From positions 15,686,001-15,750,000 of the forward strand of contig OZ024743.1 in assembly GCA_964016885.1 (NCBI GenBank): a stretch of DNA of 64,000 nt, given 5' to 3'. Shown here one piece after another: positions 35,221 to 48,866 of this stretch (position 1 is its first letter; the number at the start of each line of letters is the position of its first letter). The position numbers and the translations under genes were made by a program. Origin of the DNA: Eledone cirrhosa. Taxonomy: Eukaryota. The notes beneath the pieces are model-generated. The model was not told the origin of the DNA. It made no database searches and saw nothing but the letters and a program-made list of their open reading frames with translations.

Positions 35221-36696
35221 CAACAACAATAATAATAATAATAATAATAATAATAAGTGCATACCCAATAAATACACTACACCAGCTGTTTCGTGTGGGA
35301 ATAAATTTGTATCCGATTTTGCAAAAATGTCTCTCAAGCCAGTAATGTATCAGTTCTATGAATTGGTCCAAATCTGATTATAATGTTCCTTAATCTCGAA
35401 ATCAGTCTGAAGTCAAATTAAAACTGTCTCAGAATAAAATAAAATTCAACCCATGCCAGCATAGAAAAGAAGGTGATAAAGGATAAAGGTGTTCCTTCTC
35501 TCTTTGAAAGAAGCGAACAGATTTTTGCTCTGGTTATTTTTCCTTGAATTTAACAACTAGAATATTAATGTTGGATGGCAATGTTAGAAGTGCCATGTGA
35601 TCTGTGTAAGTAATCCCTAACAGCTGATGACCTAATCCATGAGTGATCCTGCTCAACACATTTGTAATATACAATAATGGTATTATGTTATTAATTTATC
35701 TTTGTATTTATCTCTGTGTTTAATTTTAATACAGACATAAAGTGGAAGTGAACTTCCTTGATAAACTAATCATCCAATTTTGCCTTGCATTACTTAAGTA
35801 ATAATCGAAAAGAGCTTCTGTAAGTTGTGTTTGATCAGTGTTTCTGAGGATAACATTTTACCTTCATGTTTTGTGTATATAAAGAAGTTTCTACATAGAA
35901 CATTTATTTTCTTATGTATACATTTTCTAAGTTACGATGCATTGGATAGTTTTAGAAATGTTTTATATATGCGCATATAATACTGGGGAAAACAATTTTA
36001 CAACTCATAGACTTAGCTAATGCTAGTATTTCAAATGCACATTATAGGTAGGTTAAGTCTATTTTAAGAAAGATTAACTGACAAATAAATTAAGGGGCTG
36101 CTACTAAACTCAACATAATGCATACTAAACGTATTAATTTCTTGAGATTGTTTTTCATTTTCTACAATCTTATCATAGTCATCAGATGTAATATACACAC
36201 AACAAAACACATGACTATATATATGTGCATAAAATAGTATTCTTGTGTTTATTAGAAAGTGCGCAAGTGTTATGTACATGGGAAGTAAATAACAAATTGG
36301 AATATTATAAAATGTATGAGTGATCTAAAAAAAAAAAAATGACAGTATTTTGTATGTTTGATGGATTTTTTAAAAATATGTTATATCATTTCATGAAAAA
36401 TATTTCAACAAAACCGTTCAATATCGACTTTCAGACTGTCAATTTAACCATTTATTTTGCCAGTATTTATGTTTTAATATTTCTAATATGTAATTTGATC
36501 TGATATAGTGGGCTTTAAATGTTTCCCAAAATCCAAATTAAAATTATTTATTGCTTTCTTGGTGTGCCATAAGATTAAATTCCACCATTTCTGCTCAGCT
36601 TACAACATCCTGTTATTGATTATTAATGGGAAACACTTTTTTTAAATTGACTGATAAAGTATTCAAACTTTCTTATTTGATATTGGTTTCACCAAC

Positions 36697-36706
36697 ATTA
36701 TTATTA

Positions 36707-36753
<47 letters not shown>
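36697..36753. repeat. (TTA)n tract, tail of the Dong element
   Basis: Direct reading. Confidence 0.95.
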
Positions 36754-36755
<2 letters not shown>

Positions 36756-36898
36756 AGTTGCATTTATCTTGCTTTATGTTCATACGAGTTATCACCAAGT
36801 CACAACCAGTGACCTCAAGAGACAACAAGGTCCGCCATGTTCAAGAAAGAACATACATACTCACACATGCATCTTTAGTGTTTAGACTTGTGATGTAC

Positions 36899-39800
36899 TT
36901 ATATTGACAGAATCTTCCTTAGTATATGGGCAGTTCCCATTAGTACTATCTTTTGTATTTCTCCTATACGCGGGTTTCCTGGGATTTGCGATAAGTAATC
37001 ATTAGACCCCTTAGGTATCATTCCCAGAGCGCCTACAACCACTGGTATTGTTTTAGTTCTCAATTTCCACATTTTTCCAATTTCTATCTCCAGGTCCTTA
37101 TACTTGCTCAATTTTTCAAATGTTTTTATAGATACATTCTTGTCTATTGGAACGGACATATCAATTAGCAGGCATACCCTCTTTTTAAAGTCCTTCAATA
37201 TTATATCAGGTCTATTTGCATCTATTTTTCGGTCTTTTTGGATGCTAAAGTTCCACAAGATTGAGATGTGATCTTTTTCAAGTATGGGAGGTGGTTGATA
37301 CTCCCACCAATTCTTTTGATGGGGCAGGTCAAAATGCTTACACATTATCCAATGTATGTATTGTGCAGCTCTGTCGTGCCTGTTTAGGTATTCGGTTGGA
37401 GCTATAGGACTGCACATTGAAATTATATGGTCAATGATCTCTGGTTGTTTTCTGCATACACGGCATAATGGGCTGCATCCATTTTTTATTATGTTGGCTT
37501 GGTAATTTTTTGTTGGCAGACACTGATCTTGTGCTGATATAATCAGTCCATCAGTCTCCGATTTCAGTCCAGAGGATGCCAACCACTGATGGGTTAAAGT
37601 TTTGTCAACATCAGGATTGTTAGCTCGCTCTGGGTATTTTCCATACAGAGGCTTTTCTTGCCATTTCTTAGCCAGTTTCTGTAGCAGTTCTTTCTTTTCA
37701 GTTACTTTTACCTGCTTTGCTTTTTCTGTGTTTTCCATTTCAGCAGTAAATGGGACTTCTGAAATTTGTAGTCCATTACTGTATCTTTGTGCATCTTTTG
37801 TAATGGAATATGATCTTTTGATGCTTTTGTGTTTCAAAACGAGTTTGATCATCCAATCATGTGATTCCCTTAGATATGTAGATAATCCAATTGTTGCAGT
37901 TTTCAACGCAATGTCTAACTGGATTAACCCATGTCCTCCTCCTTTCCTAGGGAGATATATTCTATCTATATCTGCCTTAGGGTGATGCATTCTGTGCATG
38001 GTTAAGAATTTTCGAATTTTTGTATCGAGCCTACGGATCTCTGTGCTTGACCAGTTGATGACATTGTAACTGTAGGTTACTACTGGTATGGCAAGCGTGT
38101 TTATGGCCTCGATCCTATTCCTTGCATTCAATTCCGTTCTTAAGATTGCTCTTACTCTGCGGTAACATTCCTTCCTTATCCTTTCCCTCATTGTCGAGTG
38201 CTTGATTCCATCTCCTTCACAAACACCTTGATATTTGTAAGTTTTTTCTTGATCAAGTTCTCTTATCACGTCCCCCCGATCAAGATTAATGTCTGAACTC
38301 TTCAGCAGCTTTCCTCTGATGAACGTTGCATTGGTGCATTTATCTAGTCCAAACTCCATTTTAATGTCATCACTGAACTGCTCCACAGTGGATAATAGCC
38401 CTTGCTATTTCATCATATTTTGCAAATAGTTTCAGGTCATCCATGTAGAACAAGTGATTAATGGTTTTGTCATAGACTTTATTTCCATGTTTTGTTTCAT
38501 TGAGCATTTTACTTAATGGTATAAGTGCGATGCAGAATAAAAGCGGTGATAAAGAGTCACCCTGAAAAATTCCACAATTAATATTAACTTCTCCAGCTTC
38601 CAGTGATTTTGTTTCACTATTTAAAAGGAGTGTCGTTTTCCATGTCTTCATACTGAATGACAAAAACCTCCCGACAACGGGGGATATTTTGAAAATCTCT
38701 AAACATTTTTCAATCCAACTGTGTGGCAAACTGTCGAATGCTTTTTTATAATCTATCCAAGCAACCGATAGATTTTTGTGTCTATTATGACAATCTTCCA
38801 GTATCATTTTGTTAACCAAAAGCTGATCCTTATAGCCATATGAGCCTCGTTTACACCCTTTCTGCTCAATGGGAAATAGGTCATTTGTTATCAGGTGGTC
38901 ATATGTGTATTCAGTTAGGACTGATGTTAAAATTTTATACATTGTGGTCAAGCAAGTTATCGGTCTGTAATTTTTGGGATTGTTTGTCTCATCATTCTTC
39001 GGAAGCAGGAATGTAATGCCGTTAACTAGCCATGATGGTATCTTTTCTGGCTCCTTAACTATTTAATTGTAAAGTTGGGCTAACAGCTCATGAGACTCTG
39101 TGAAGGCATTTATCCAAAAATTTGGTATTTTGTCTTTTCCTGGGGATTTCCATTTGCTGGTTTTTCTTAGAGCCAAGCGCAACTGTTCAACTGTTATATT
39201 TTCCCATATTTGTTCCTCAAGGTGAGCTGTATCTTTCATTTGTCTGTCTATCCATGGGGCATGTATGTTATGAACTTTTTCTTCGGCCCAGATCTTGCAC
39301 TTCCTCGCTGGGTGGTATTGATTTAGCAGTTATTGTTGACTTACCAATTTTTCTGTAGAAGTTTCTTTGGTTGTTTTTGAACATATTATTGTCCTTATAG
39401 AATCTAGATCGTTTTTCAAAGCGCCTTATATGAGCAGCTTTGGCTGACACTTTTTGCTTGATTATTTCTATCAGCATGTCTATGTCACTTGTTGATTTTA
39501 TACTGTACTTTCTTTTCAATTTTCTAAGTTTAGTTTGTTTAACATGTTCACCTACTTTATAGTTTGTTAAAATTTCTATGTCAGATAGGAGAAGGTTTAT
39601 TTGGCGATTGATGTTCTCTTGCCAAGTAGATTTCTTGTGCGAATTCCTTTGTTTTTTCATCTTCACTCCACATAAGTGAGTGGTGACTTTAGCCGATGCA
39701 TAATAGAGATGATTTAAATCAGTAATGTTTAGTTTGTTTGTGATGATAATGTTTTTGAGAATTATGTTAGTCTTGTGTATTATCTTTTGGTTCTGTTTGG

Positions 39801-40522
39801 AGTTCTGGATCTTAGGGAGGGTGTCTCGTTGCCCAATGTCAGATTCTTTCATTTTCATCCATTCGATCATAATTTCATCCTTCAAGTTGGCAAGTTCATT
39901 CTCATTCATTTCTTTATCATTTACGATCTCATTATTTTCATTTGGAGTTTTATTTTGAGCATGCACTCCCTCCACTTTTTCGATCCTTTCTTTAATTTGT
40001 TCTGTTGCCAGTGATTCCGCCCCCAACCCTGGGATTCGAAGTGTTACAATTTACCTCGTTTTCACTGACACATGTTTCATTTTCCCTTCACTGACTTTGT
40101 GCTAATAGCTTGATCTGATCAATTTCTATATTAGTTAGTAACTTTTTTCTTACAATATTTCTTCGTATATTGGCTAGTTTGTTACTGTCAATATAGCCTC
40201 TGTTTTCGGGATGTTTCATTTTCCAGTTGATATATGTCTGTTCTGTATTCGATGTATTTGATGGGTAGTACATGGCAGTGTAGAAAGCCTCAAGGACTTC
40301 TTTATTATCTTCCCTTGACCATTTTTCTCTCTTTTTCTTCGGATTTCTTGGTGGTGAGCATGGAGGGCCAACAGTAGGAGTATTCCGGTTATGGGAGGTC
40401 TCCAGCTCCGAAGTGATGGGAAGGTTTGAACCATTAGCTGATTTTTCGACCCCAGACTGGTTCCTCTCTGAGGGATGCGGCCCTTTTTTACTCGGGTGAC
40501 GGTCGATCTTATCATTAGACAT
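36899..40522 (-). pseudogene. Dong/R4 ORF (RT: WIDYKKAFDS, GIFQGDSLSPLLF, FYMDD; CCHC; RLE), frameshifted
   Basis: ORF pieces 40088-40522, 39268-40026, 38370-38951 and 36899-38386. Confidence 0.92.
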
Positions 40523-40767
40523 TTACTTTATTTTGTCGCGTTTTATCCTTATCCGCCAAGGGGTAATCATTTCGTGTTACCACTTCTAGAACGAGTGTCA
40601 ACCAAGACTAGAGGGGTCGTTCTCCCCTAGAGACACGGCTATTCCCCGCCGGCCGCCATCCCGGTATTTCTTGGTCACGGGGTTTTCTTTTTGTTGTTTT
40701 TTTTAAATTGTTATTATCATGAGTGGTTCCTTAATGTGAGCATTGCGTGGCTTAAGAATGAAATTAT

Positions 40768-40820
40768 TAATAATTGTCTCCACTCCAGGCACAAGGCCAA
40801 CAATCACCCAGTGCATTATA
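40768..40820 (-). mobile_element. SINE family A 3' fragment in the Dong 5' region
   Basis: aataattgtctccactccaggcacaaggccaacaatcacccagtgcatta matches the SINE 3' end. Confidence 0.55.
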
Positions 40821-41650
40821 ATAATATAATATACTTTTTGCTGAAGTTGCCTGTTATTGTTGTTGGCTATGTCGGTGGTGGTGCTGGGGCTTTTTATATT
40901 GTTGGTGAGGAAGTGGGGAGCCAGCAGTGCCATAGTTGTTGACGTTTGGCCGGTGGCCAGGTCACTAAGTCAATCTATTTATATCTTTTGCTAGCCTCTC
41001 CCTTGTCTAGTGATACCGCCACCTTCCCCTTTAAGTTAACAGGAGAATAGTGGTGGTAGCAATGAAGGAGTGGTGGCGGCGGTGATGGGATAGTGGTAGC
41101 AATGATGGATGGAGTGGTGGCGGCGGTGGTGTTGTCGTTACTGAGTTTTGTGATATGTAGTATCTATGAGTTTGTGTCGCGTATGTTTAATATATATTGT
41201 GTTGACATATTCCCGTAAAATTGGAATTAAACATTTTGTTAAAACGTGAGTCAATAATAATAGTAATTATTATTATGATGCTGGGATTGGTGGTGGTCGT
41301 GGAGAAATTGCCGTTATCTGGCTGTTATATTTAGTGAGTGTGATGGGGTAGGTGGTGTATCAAGTTTCTGGTGTTGGTGAAATTGCTGTTATTTGGCTGT
41401 TCTATATAGTGTAGACAGAGGGTGTTTTCTTCCATTTATAACCATTTTCTTTTTTGAATACAAAATATATAATACAAAATTGAATATTTGAGCGATATAA
41501 CAATATAATATGGATCCGAAATTTTATGAGACTTGATTCGGTGGTTTATACATCATTTGTACTAAGAATTGTTATTTCACAATTGATTTAAATATGTTAA
41601 AAATCAAAAACTTACGGGAGCGATTTCATGACCTTCTACCACCACGTGCG

Positions 41651-41662
41651 TCTTCTTCCCTT

Positions 41663-41755
<93 letters not shown>
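41651..41755. repeat. (CTT)n followed by (ATT)n
   Basis: Direct reading. Confidence 0.95.
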
Positions 41756-41910
41756 GTGATTTTAAAAGAAATTATTCTTATAACAGTAATACACCTCAGA
41801 CAAAATAACCAAAAAGATTTAAAGTACAAGTCTGCTTTGCAGCTCATAAAGTGTTTTTTTCCTCCAATGCAAGATTTGTATTATGAGTCCTCATAACATA
41901 GATTGGTCAA

Positions 41911-41941
41911 GGAGAGAGAAAGAAAGAGAGAGAGAGAGATA

Positions 41942-42025
<84 letters not shown>

Positions 42026-42054
42026 AAGAGATAAATAGATAGATATATAGATAT
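41911..42054. repeat. (GA)n/(GATA)n tract, tail/target of Tx1 copy 5
   Basis: Direct reading. Confidence 0.95.
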
Positions 42055-45000
42055 CTTTCTTTATTTGCCACCGGAGCATACAAAAATGGGACATTTACAA
42101 GACAGGGGTTTTACATAAAAATAACTTTAATATTAATAAATAACAATAAACTATATATAATAAAATAACAATTGAAATCACCAATAGGGAGGAACGTTAC
42201 TGCAGGGTTGTTTTACACCCCGTGGATAGAACAACCCTCAACACCAGGAACACTGTTTGTAGGTGTTCCTGTCTTCCCTCTGTTTATCTTCCTCAACCTA
42301 CAGGTTTATATACAGAGATGGCCCATTCACTCGGGCCATTTTCGCCACATTCACCCACCTTTCAGCGAATTTACTGGGGTGTAGCACCTCTCTTTCCACT
42401 CTCACCTTCCTTCTGAAGTGATACTTAAAGAAGGGGATAAGTTGTTGTCCAGAGAGAAAGGTGTTTGCCCTCAGTCCTTTTAACCTCGTCCACCATATTA
42501 CCTCTTTCGCCATAGCCACCAGACAGAGGAAAACCGCATCTCCTTCGTTCTTAAATGAAGGCGGCGGGGTTATCCTCACGATGGACTCGGCTGACAACTG
42601 GATGCGTCCTACACGTGACAGCTGCTGTTTGACATAATTCCACAGGTCGGTTACTCCTGGGCACTGAACAATTTCGTGCAGAACGGTTTCGATGTCCTGC
42701 TCGGATCTTGGACAGGTCCTTTTGGCAGGATCTCTGCCAGGGCGTCTGTGCCTGTAGATATTGCCTCGAACTGGTAGAGCTCCTCGGTAGCACAGCCAGG
42801 CCAGAGACCTCTGGAAGTTATCCATAGGCCCTGGACGGAAAGTCCTCCCGAACAGACTGGTCAGTTCGTCCTCCTCGATGCCTAAAGTTTCTCTGAGAAC
42901 GCCGTCGCACTTATCCTCCACTAATCCCCTATAGAATGTCGAAGTGGAGTCTCCGCTGATTGCCGGTTCCACTTGGTAGAGGGCTGTGAGCGCCTGAAGG
43001 CACTCAAGGTGCCAGGCACCCATTTTCGGTCTTCGCTTGACCCAGGACTGCAGCTCTGTTAGTGAGACAAGTTGTGGAAAAGCTTGTCTCACAAACGACA
43101 GCCACACTGGTTCACCGGTCAGAAATACCTGGAGATGGCGTAGCCTCAGCGCGTGTTTGCGCATCATCAGCCACGGCATGCCCAGCCCTCTGTTTGAAGG
43201 GTCTTGACAGAAGATGGATCTCCTCACCAATGGAGCCTGTTTCTTCCAGAGGATCTTGAAGAGTAGGCGTTCCATTTTGTTAAGGTTTTCGCGGGGTCAA
43301 GGCACAACTGTCAAGCGGTAGTAGATGACGGACGCTATGTAAGTGTTCGCTCACTCCGCTCAACCTTTCAAAGAGAGTTTGCACTCAGTCCACTTCTGGG
43401 AGAGTGCAAACACCTTCACCGTGACCTCGTTCCAGTTCTTGTTCACCTGGAGGTCGGGACCAAACGAGACCCCAAGCAATTTCACCGGTCCTTCCGTCCA
43501 TCGTCCAATGACACTGTCGGAAGGCTTGGGTTTGCCTCTCCATGTGCCGAGTTGCAAACCGACAGACTTGTTTGGGTTTTGTCTTGCTCCTGTCAACGTT
43601 TCGTATTCCTGTAATAGGTTGCCGATTACCCCGATTTCCGAGGTTTTCGACACCATTACGGCTATGTCGTCGGCATAGGCCGACGCTGGTTTCCACAGTC
43701 CTGGTTCGATCGGGATGCCCTGCAACAGCTCCAACTTCCGCAGTAATGGCTCGAGAGTCAGTACATACAGAATGGAGGAGAAAGGGCATCCCTGTCGGAT
43801 GCAACGCATGATTTGGAATGGCTCTGAAAATTAGCCATTCACCTTGACTGCTGAGCAGATACTGGTCTGCATGGCAGCAATCCTCTGAAGAAACGAACCG
43901 AAGCCGGCCGCCTTGAGAACTGCTTCCAAGTATTGATGGTCGACCCTATCTAAATTCATCAGATCCCCACCGAAGCCAGGTTTACACCCTACCCTCTCTA
44001 TGATGTATCGCATGAGGTGGAGGTTGTCGTCTATGGACCTGGTCGGGATTGACACGTTTGGGCTTCCCGTACCAGGTTCTAGACGACAAGCGCCAGCCTT
44101 GCTGCTAACACCTTGGCCAAAATCTTTAACTCTGTGTTGAGCAGAGTTATGGGCCTGAAATTGTTTATCTCATCCCCCTTGTTCTTATCTTTCCTGATCA
44201 GCATTACTATGCCTCTGCTTATAGAACTGGGAATCCTCCCGTTCTGATGCCAGTTGCAGTAGACCGCTTCGAGGACGCCAGAGAACAAGTCTGGCAAGCC
44301 TATGTAAAACTCATAGGGTAGACCATCTAAACCGGGTGATTTGCGTTTCCCGCAGCGGCCTAAGGCATCTTCTATTTCTCCCGCTGTGATCGACCTTTCG
44401 CAGCTCTCTGAATCCGTGCTCGAGAGTCGTGGTACGCCGTCGAGGTAGGAGTTGAAGTCCATCACCTCGCTCGATGAACATCTTTGCCCGAACAGTTGTG
44501 CAAAATGCTGCTTGAAGGCCGTGCACATCTGCTTGGATTCAAGTATAATGCGTCCATCTTTGTCTTGCAAAGACCGAATTGTGGATTTGTTGCCACTTTT
44601 GGCCTCTGCCACTCGGGCCCAGCTAACAGCTTTGGCTCCCTCGTTTCTTAGAGCACATGTTCTGCTTCTGACAATACAACCTTCGTGTTTCACGTTGAAG
44701 AACTGGTCTAGTGCCGTCCTCGCCACTAGCACATCAGCTGTACTGCCATTTCTAAGTGCCTCTTCTATTTTAGCTACCAGTTCCTTTTCAGTTTCGTTTT
44801 TTTCTAAAGCTAATTCCTTGCTAAATGCTATCGATTCTATTCTAACTACTCTCTTGAGAGAGCTCCACCATCTGTTCTTGACGATCGCCTCCGTCAACTG
44901 GCACTTAACTAAGGTGCTTATCAATTTAATGTAGGCCTTACGCGCCGGGAGCGACATGTTTAGCTTCCAGTATCCGCGTCCCTGTCTATGTGTTCTATCA

Positions 45001-46450
45001 AAGTTGACTACGCAGGTGACTAATTTGTGGTCTGAATAGGCAACCTTGGGCATTTGTGGACAGCTTAATGTTTCCTTATCATTCTGTCTTATTAAAAATC
45101 TATGTAAATACGATCTAGAAGATCCAGTGCGGTTGCTCCACGTCCACAGTGGTGCACTTGGGAAGTCTAGTCGATATCTATCAGCCAGTTGGAATTGGCT
45201 GATGAGATGTTTGAGGCTATTACACCACCCTCTATTATCACAAGCTCTTACATAGTCGCAACCTGCGTCTAAGATGCCATTCCAGTGCCCCGCTAACACT
45301 AAGGAGAGAGACGTTCCCAGGAATGGCTCCAGACGCTTGAAAAACTCTGGTCGCGATGTTACACTCGGGGCATATACGGCCACCATTCTGAAAACTCCGC
45401 CTTCACTACCATTCACGTCCAAGACCACCAGGCTGCCCTACGGGTCCAAGTGAATCGTCTGTATTTTGAGATCCAAGTTGTTTCGAAACAGAGCAGCAAT
45501 TCCCCTCCACCTCCTGGCTGACAGAAAGATGCGTAGATCTCAAAATCATCGAACATGGGGAGCTGCTGCTTGTCATGAATCCTGGACTCGGTGATGGCCA
45601 TCACATCTATACAATGTGACCTGAGATCAATTAAAAGCTGGCCCTGTTTCCAGGCCATGCCCAGGCCACGTACATTCAAACATCCAGCTTGTATAATCAC
45701 CATGTTGGTGAATAAGAGTTAAGGAGAGAAAAGGCAGGAACACTTACCTTTTCGTGTCCTGGGGGTCGGGTTGTTCGATCTCCATGTCCAGATTGGTGGT
45801 ATTTGTGGAGGGAGGGAATCCTTTTAGCAGGATACAGTTAAGGCGCTTTTGGTAAGGGGGGGGGGCACATCATGTGGGAGTTCTCATTTAAAGTTTCATA
45901 CTGATAAGTTTGAGGTTTGGGCGTGGGTCGTTGGTGGGGAAGGTGTTATCTTCCGTTTGTATTGTGGGGTCCTTTCGGACAGTTTCCACCAGTTCTTTCT
46001 TTCTTGTTTTTATGTATGTGTAATGCGTTTTGTTTTTTATGTGTACTGTTTCTGTTTGTAGATTTCTTTTTGTGGTTGGGGTTTGTGATTGTGGTGGTGT
46101 GGGTGTTTGTTTTGTTGGTGAATGTTTGGTTGTGTTGGTGGTGATTGTGTCGTTTGTGGCGGTGTGTTTATGGTGGGGTTGGGTGTGTGCATGTTTTCTG
46201 TAGATGTTTTTGTGTCTTTTGGGTTTTTGGGGTTCCTCTTCATTCTCACTTGGAGATGTAGAGGTTCCCGTGTCTGAGACTTCTGAATCATGGGTAGATG
46301 GGAAGGGTATGTTGTGTTGTGGAGTGTTTGTGCAGGTGTTTGTAGAAGTATTTGACAGGGAGGGAGGAGGTAATGGAGGGTTTTTCAGTGGGATTTTTTT
46401 GTGTGTGTGGTTGACTCTGGTCTGTGGTGGTGTGGGAGTGGATGTTGCAG
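42055..46450 (-). mobile_element. Tx1 copy 5 (subfamily B), 5'-truncated in ORF1
   Basis: ORF2 45703-42298 (MVIIQAGCLNVRGL, SDH, KSPGLDG, RQGCP, YADD) with frameshifts. Thr/Pro-rich ORF1 end at 45744-46450. 3' end GTGGCAAATAAAGAAA plus (TATC)/(TC)n. Confidence 0.92.
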
Positions 46451-46498
46451 ATAGATAGATATATAGAGAGATATATAGATAGATAAATAGATAGATAT

Positions 46499-48723
46499 AT
46501 TTCTTTATTAGCCACAGGGGCACAAAAGAAGGGGACAAATACAAAGGGGGAAGTTTACATACAATAAAAACGTGTAAAATGTTATCACAGATGGAATTTA
46601 AAAGTTAGTCGATTTTCCCCAATAGAGGGAGACAGTTTATATGGGTAACACATACCCCCGAAAAAATGTGCAACCCTCATCTCCAGGAGTACGAAGAGCT
46701 TGTACTCCTTTCCTCTCCTCCTCCTTTTCCTCAATCTACAGGCTGATATAGAGAGAAGGCCCATTCACTCGGGCCATTCTCGCCACTTTCACCCACCTTT
46801 CATAAAACTTGCTGCGGTACAGCACCTCTCTCTCCATCCTGATTCTTCTTCCAAAGTGGTATTTGAAAAAAAGAATCAGTTGTTGGCCGGAGAGAAAGGT
46901 GTCTGACCTCAGCCCTTTCAACCTTGTCCACCATACAACCTCTTTCGCCATAGCTATCACACAAAGGAAAACCGCCTCTCCTTCGTTTTTGAAGGAGGGT
47001 GGCGGTTTGATCATGACAATGGACTCGGTGGTCAACTGGATTGGTCCCACCCGCGACAATAGTCGTTCTACATATCCCCACAGGTCAGTGACGCCCGGGC
47101 AGTGTATGAATGCGTGCGCGACGGTTTCTTCGTCTCGCACGCACCTCGGACAGATCTTTTTTGCAGGGTCCCTGCCCGGGCGCCCATGTCTGTAGAGCTT
47201 GTCTCGAACTGGTAGAGCTCCTCGGTAGCACTGCCAGGCCAGGGACTTTTGGAAGTTGTCCATCGGTCCCGGGCGGAAGGTCCTACCGAACAGACTGGCC
47301 AGTTCATCTTCCTCCACGCCTAGAGTTTCACCGAGCGCGTCGTCGCACTTGCTGCGGACCAACCCTCTATAGAATGACGAAGTGGAGTCTCCACTGATCG
47401 CCGGGTCCGCCTGCCAGAGGGCTGTGAGCGCCTGAGCACATTCGATGTGCCAGTCGCCCATTTTCCTCGGTCTCTGCTTGACCCAGGACTGCAGCTCGGT
47501 CAGTGAGACGAGTCGTGGGAAGGCTCGCCTCACGAACGGGGCCCACACCGGTTGTCCGGTGAGGAATACGTAGAGATGCCGCAGCCTGAGCGCGTGTTTG
47601 CGCATCGTCAACCACGGCATCCCCAGCCCTCCGTTAGAAGGGTGTTGGCAGCAGATGGATCTTCTTACCAAAGGAGCCCGCCTCTTCCAAAGGAATCGGA
47701 AGAGGGCGCGCTCCATTTTGGCGAGCGTTTTGGCTGGACAAGGCACGACGGTCAAGCGGTAGTAGATGGCGGACGCTATAAAAGTGTTCGCCACCTCCGC
47801 TCGACCTTTCAAGGATAGTTTGCACTCGGCCCACTTCTGGGTGAGTGCAAACACCTTGGCCGTCACTTCGTTCCAGTTCTTCTCCACCTGGAGGTCCGGA
47901 CCAAACCAGACCCCGAGCAGCTTTACCGGTCCTTCCGTCCAGCGTCCGACGACGCCATCGGAAGGCATCGGTCTGCCTCTCCACGATCCGAGTTGCAAAC
48001 CGATGGACTTGTCCCGGTTCAGCTTCGCTCCTGTGAGACTTTCGTATTCCTTTAGTAAGGTGCCGACTTTCTCGATTTGCGAGGCGCTCGACACCATTAC
48101 TGTCACGTCGTCGGCGTAGGCCGACGCCGCTTTCCGCAGTCCCGGTTCCAGAGGGATGCCCTGCAATAGCTCCAGCTTCCGCAGTAGTGGCTCGAGAGTC
48201 AGTACGTACAGAAGGGAGGAGAGAGGGCATCCCTGTCGAATGGATCGCGTAATATGGAACGGCTCCGAGAGGTAACCGTTCACCTTGACCCTTGAGCAGA
48301 TGTTGCTGTTGTGCATTGCAGCAATCCAGCCCCTGAACACGGGTCCGAAGCCTGCCGCCTCGAGCACCGCATCCAGGTAACGATGGTCAACCCTATCGAA
48401 AGCCTTAGACTGATCCAAGTTGATCAGGGCCCCACCGAAGCCGGGTTTACACCCTACCCTCTCTATGATGTATCGCATGAGGTGGAGGTTGTCGTGTATG
48501 GACCTGGTCGGGATCGCGCATGTCTGCGCTTCTCCCACCAGGTTCTCGACGACAAGCGCCAGCCTCTTTGCCAACACCTTGGCCAAAATCTGTAACTCTG
48601 TGTTTAGCAGAGTTATGGGCCGGAAGTTGCCTATGTCATCCCCCTTATTCTCGTCCTTCCTGATTAGTGTGACCACGCCCCCGGTTACAGAATTGGGAAT
48701 TCTCCCGTTCTGTTGCCAGTTGC

Positions 48724-48725
<2 letters not shown>
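46499..48725 (-). mobile_element. Tx1 copy 6 (subfamily B), 5'-truncated, relatively young
   Basis: Uninterrupted RT-to-C-terminus frame. (GATA)n/(GA)n on both sides. Confidence 0.93.
46736..48676 (-). CDS. Tx1 ORF2 C-terminal 646 aa (RT plus CCHC), open but lacking the endonuclease
   Basis: NFRPITLLN, DQSKAFDRV, RQGCPLS, YADD, LLGVWF, CPRC..ETVAHAFIHC. Confidence 0.88.
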   Translation of the reverse strand: MVTLIRKDENKGDDIGNFRPITLLNTELQILAKVLAKRLALVVENLVGEAQTCAIPTRSIHDNLHLMRYIIERVGCKPGFGGALINLDQSKAFDRVDHRYLDAVLEAAGFGPVFRGWIAAMHNSNICSRVKVNGYLSEPFHITRSIRQGCPLSSLLYVLTLEPLLRKLELLQGIPLEPGLRKAASAYADDVTVMVSSASQIEKVGTLLKEYESLTGAKLNRDKSIGLQLGSWRGRPMPSDGVVGRWTEGPVKLLGVWFGPDLQVEKNWNEVTAKVFALTQKWAECKLSLKGRAEVANTFIASAIYYRLTVVPCPAKTLAKMERALFRFLWKRRAPLVRRSICCQHPSNGGLGMPWLTMRKHALRLRHLYVFLTGQPVWAPFVRRAFPRLVSLTELQSWVKQRPRKMGDWHIECAQALTALWQADPAISGDSTSSFYRGLVRSKCDDALGETLGVEEDELASLFGRTFRPGPMDNFQKSLAWQCYRGALPVRDKLYRHGRPGRDPAKKICPRCVRDEETVAHAFIHCPGVTDLWGYVERLLSRVGPIQLTTESIVMIKPPPSFKNEGEAVFLCVIAMAKEVVWWTRLKGLRSDTFLSGQQLILFFKYHFGRRIRMEREVLYRSKFYERWVKVARMARVNGPSLYISL

Positions 48726-48866
<141 letters not shown>

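Larger units (their letters stand above)
36754..41650 (-). mobile_element. Dong/R4-clade RLE LINE, near full length
   Basis: Single long ORF region with RT and C-terminal CCHC/RLE. Flanked by (TTA)n and by (CTT)n(ATT)n at 41651-41755. The 5' boundary is inferred from the microsatellite. Confidence 0.85.

Noticed and set aside
41605-41625. CGCTCCC(A)GTAAGT shared between the Dong 5' end and the Tx1 copy 3 5' end
   Set aside because: Too short, and absent from other copies, so it cannot be distinguished from chance.
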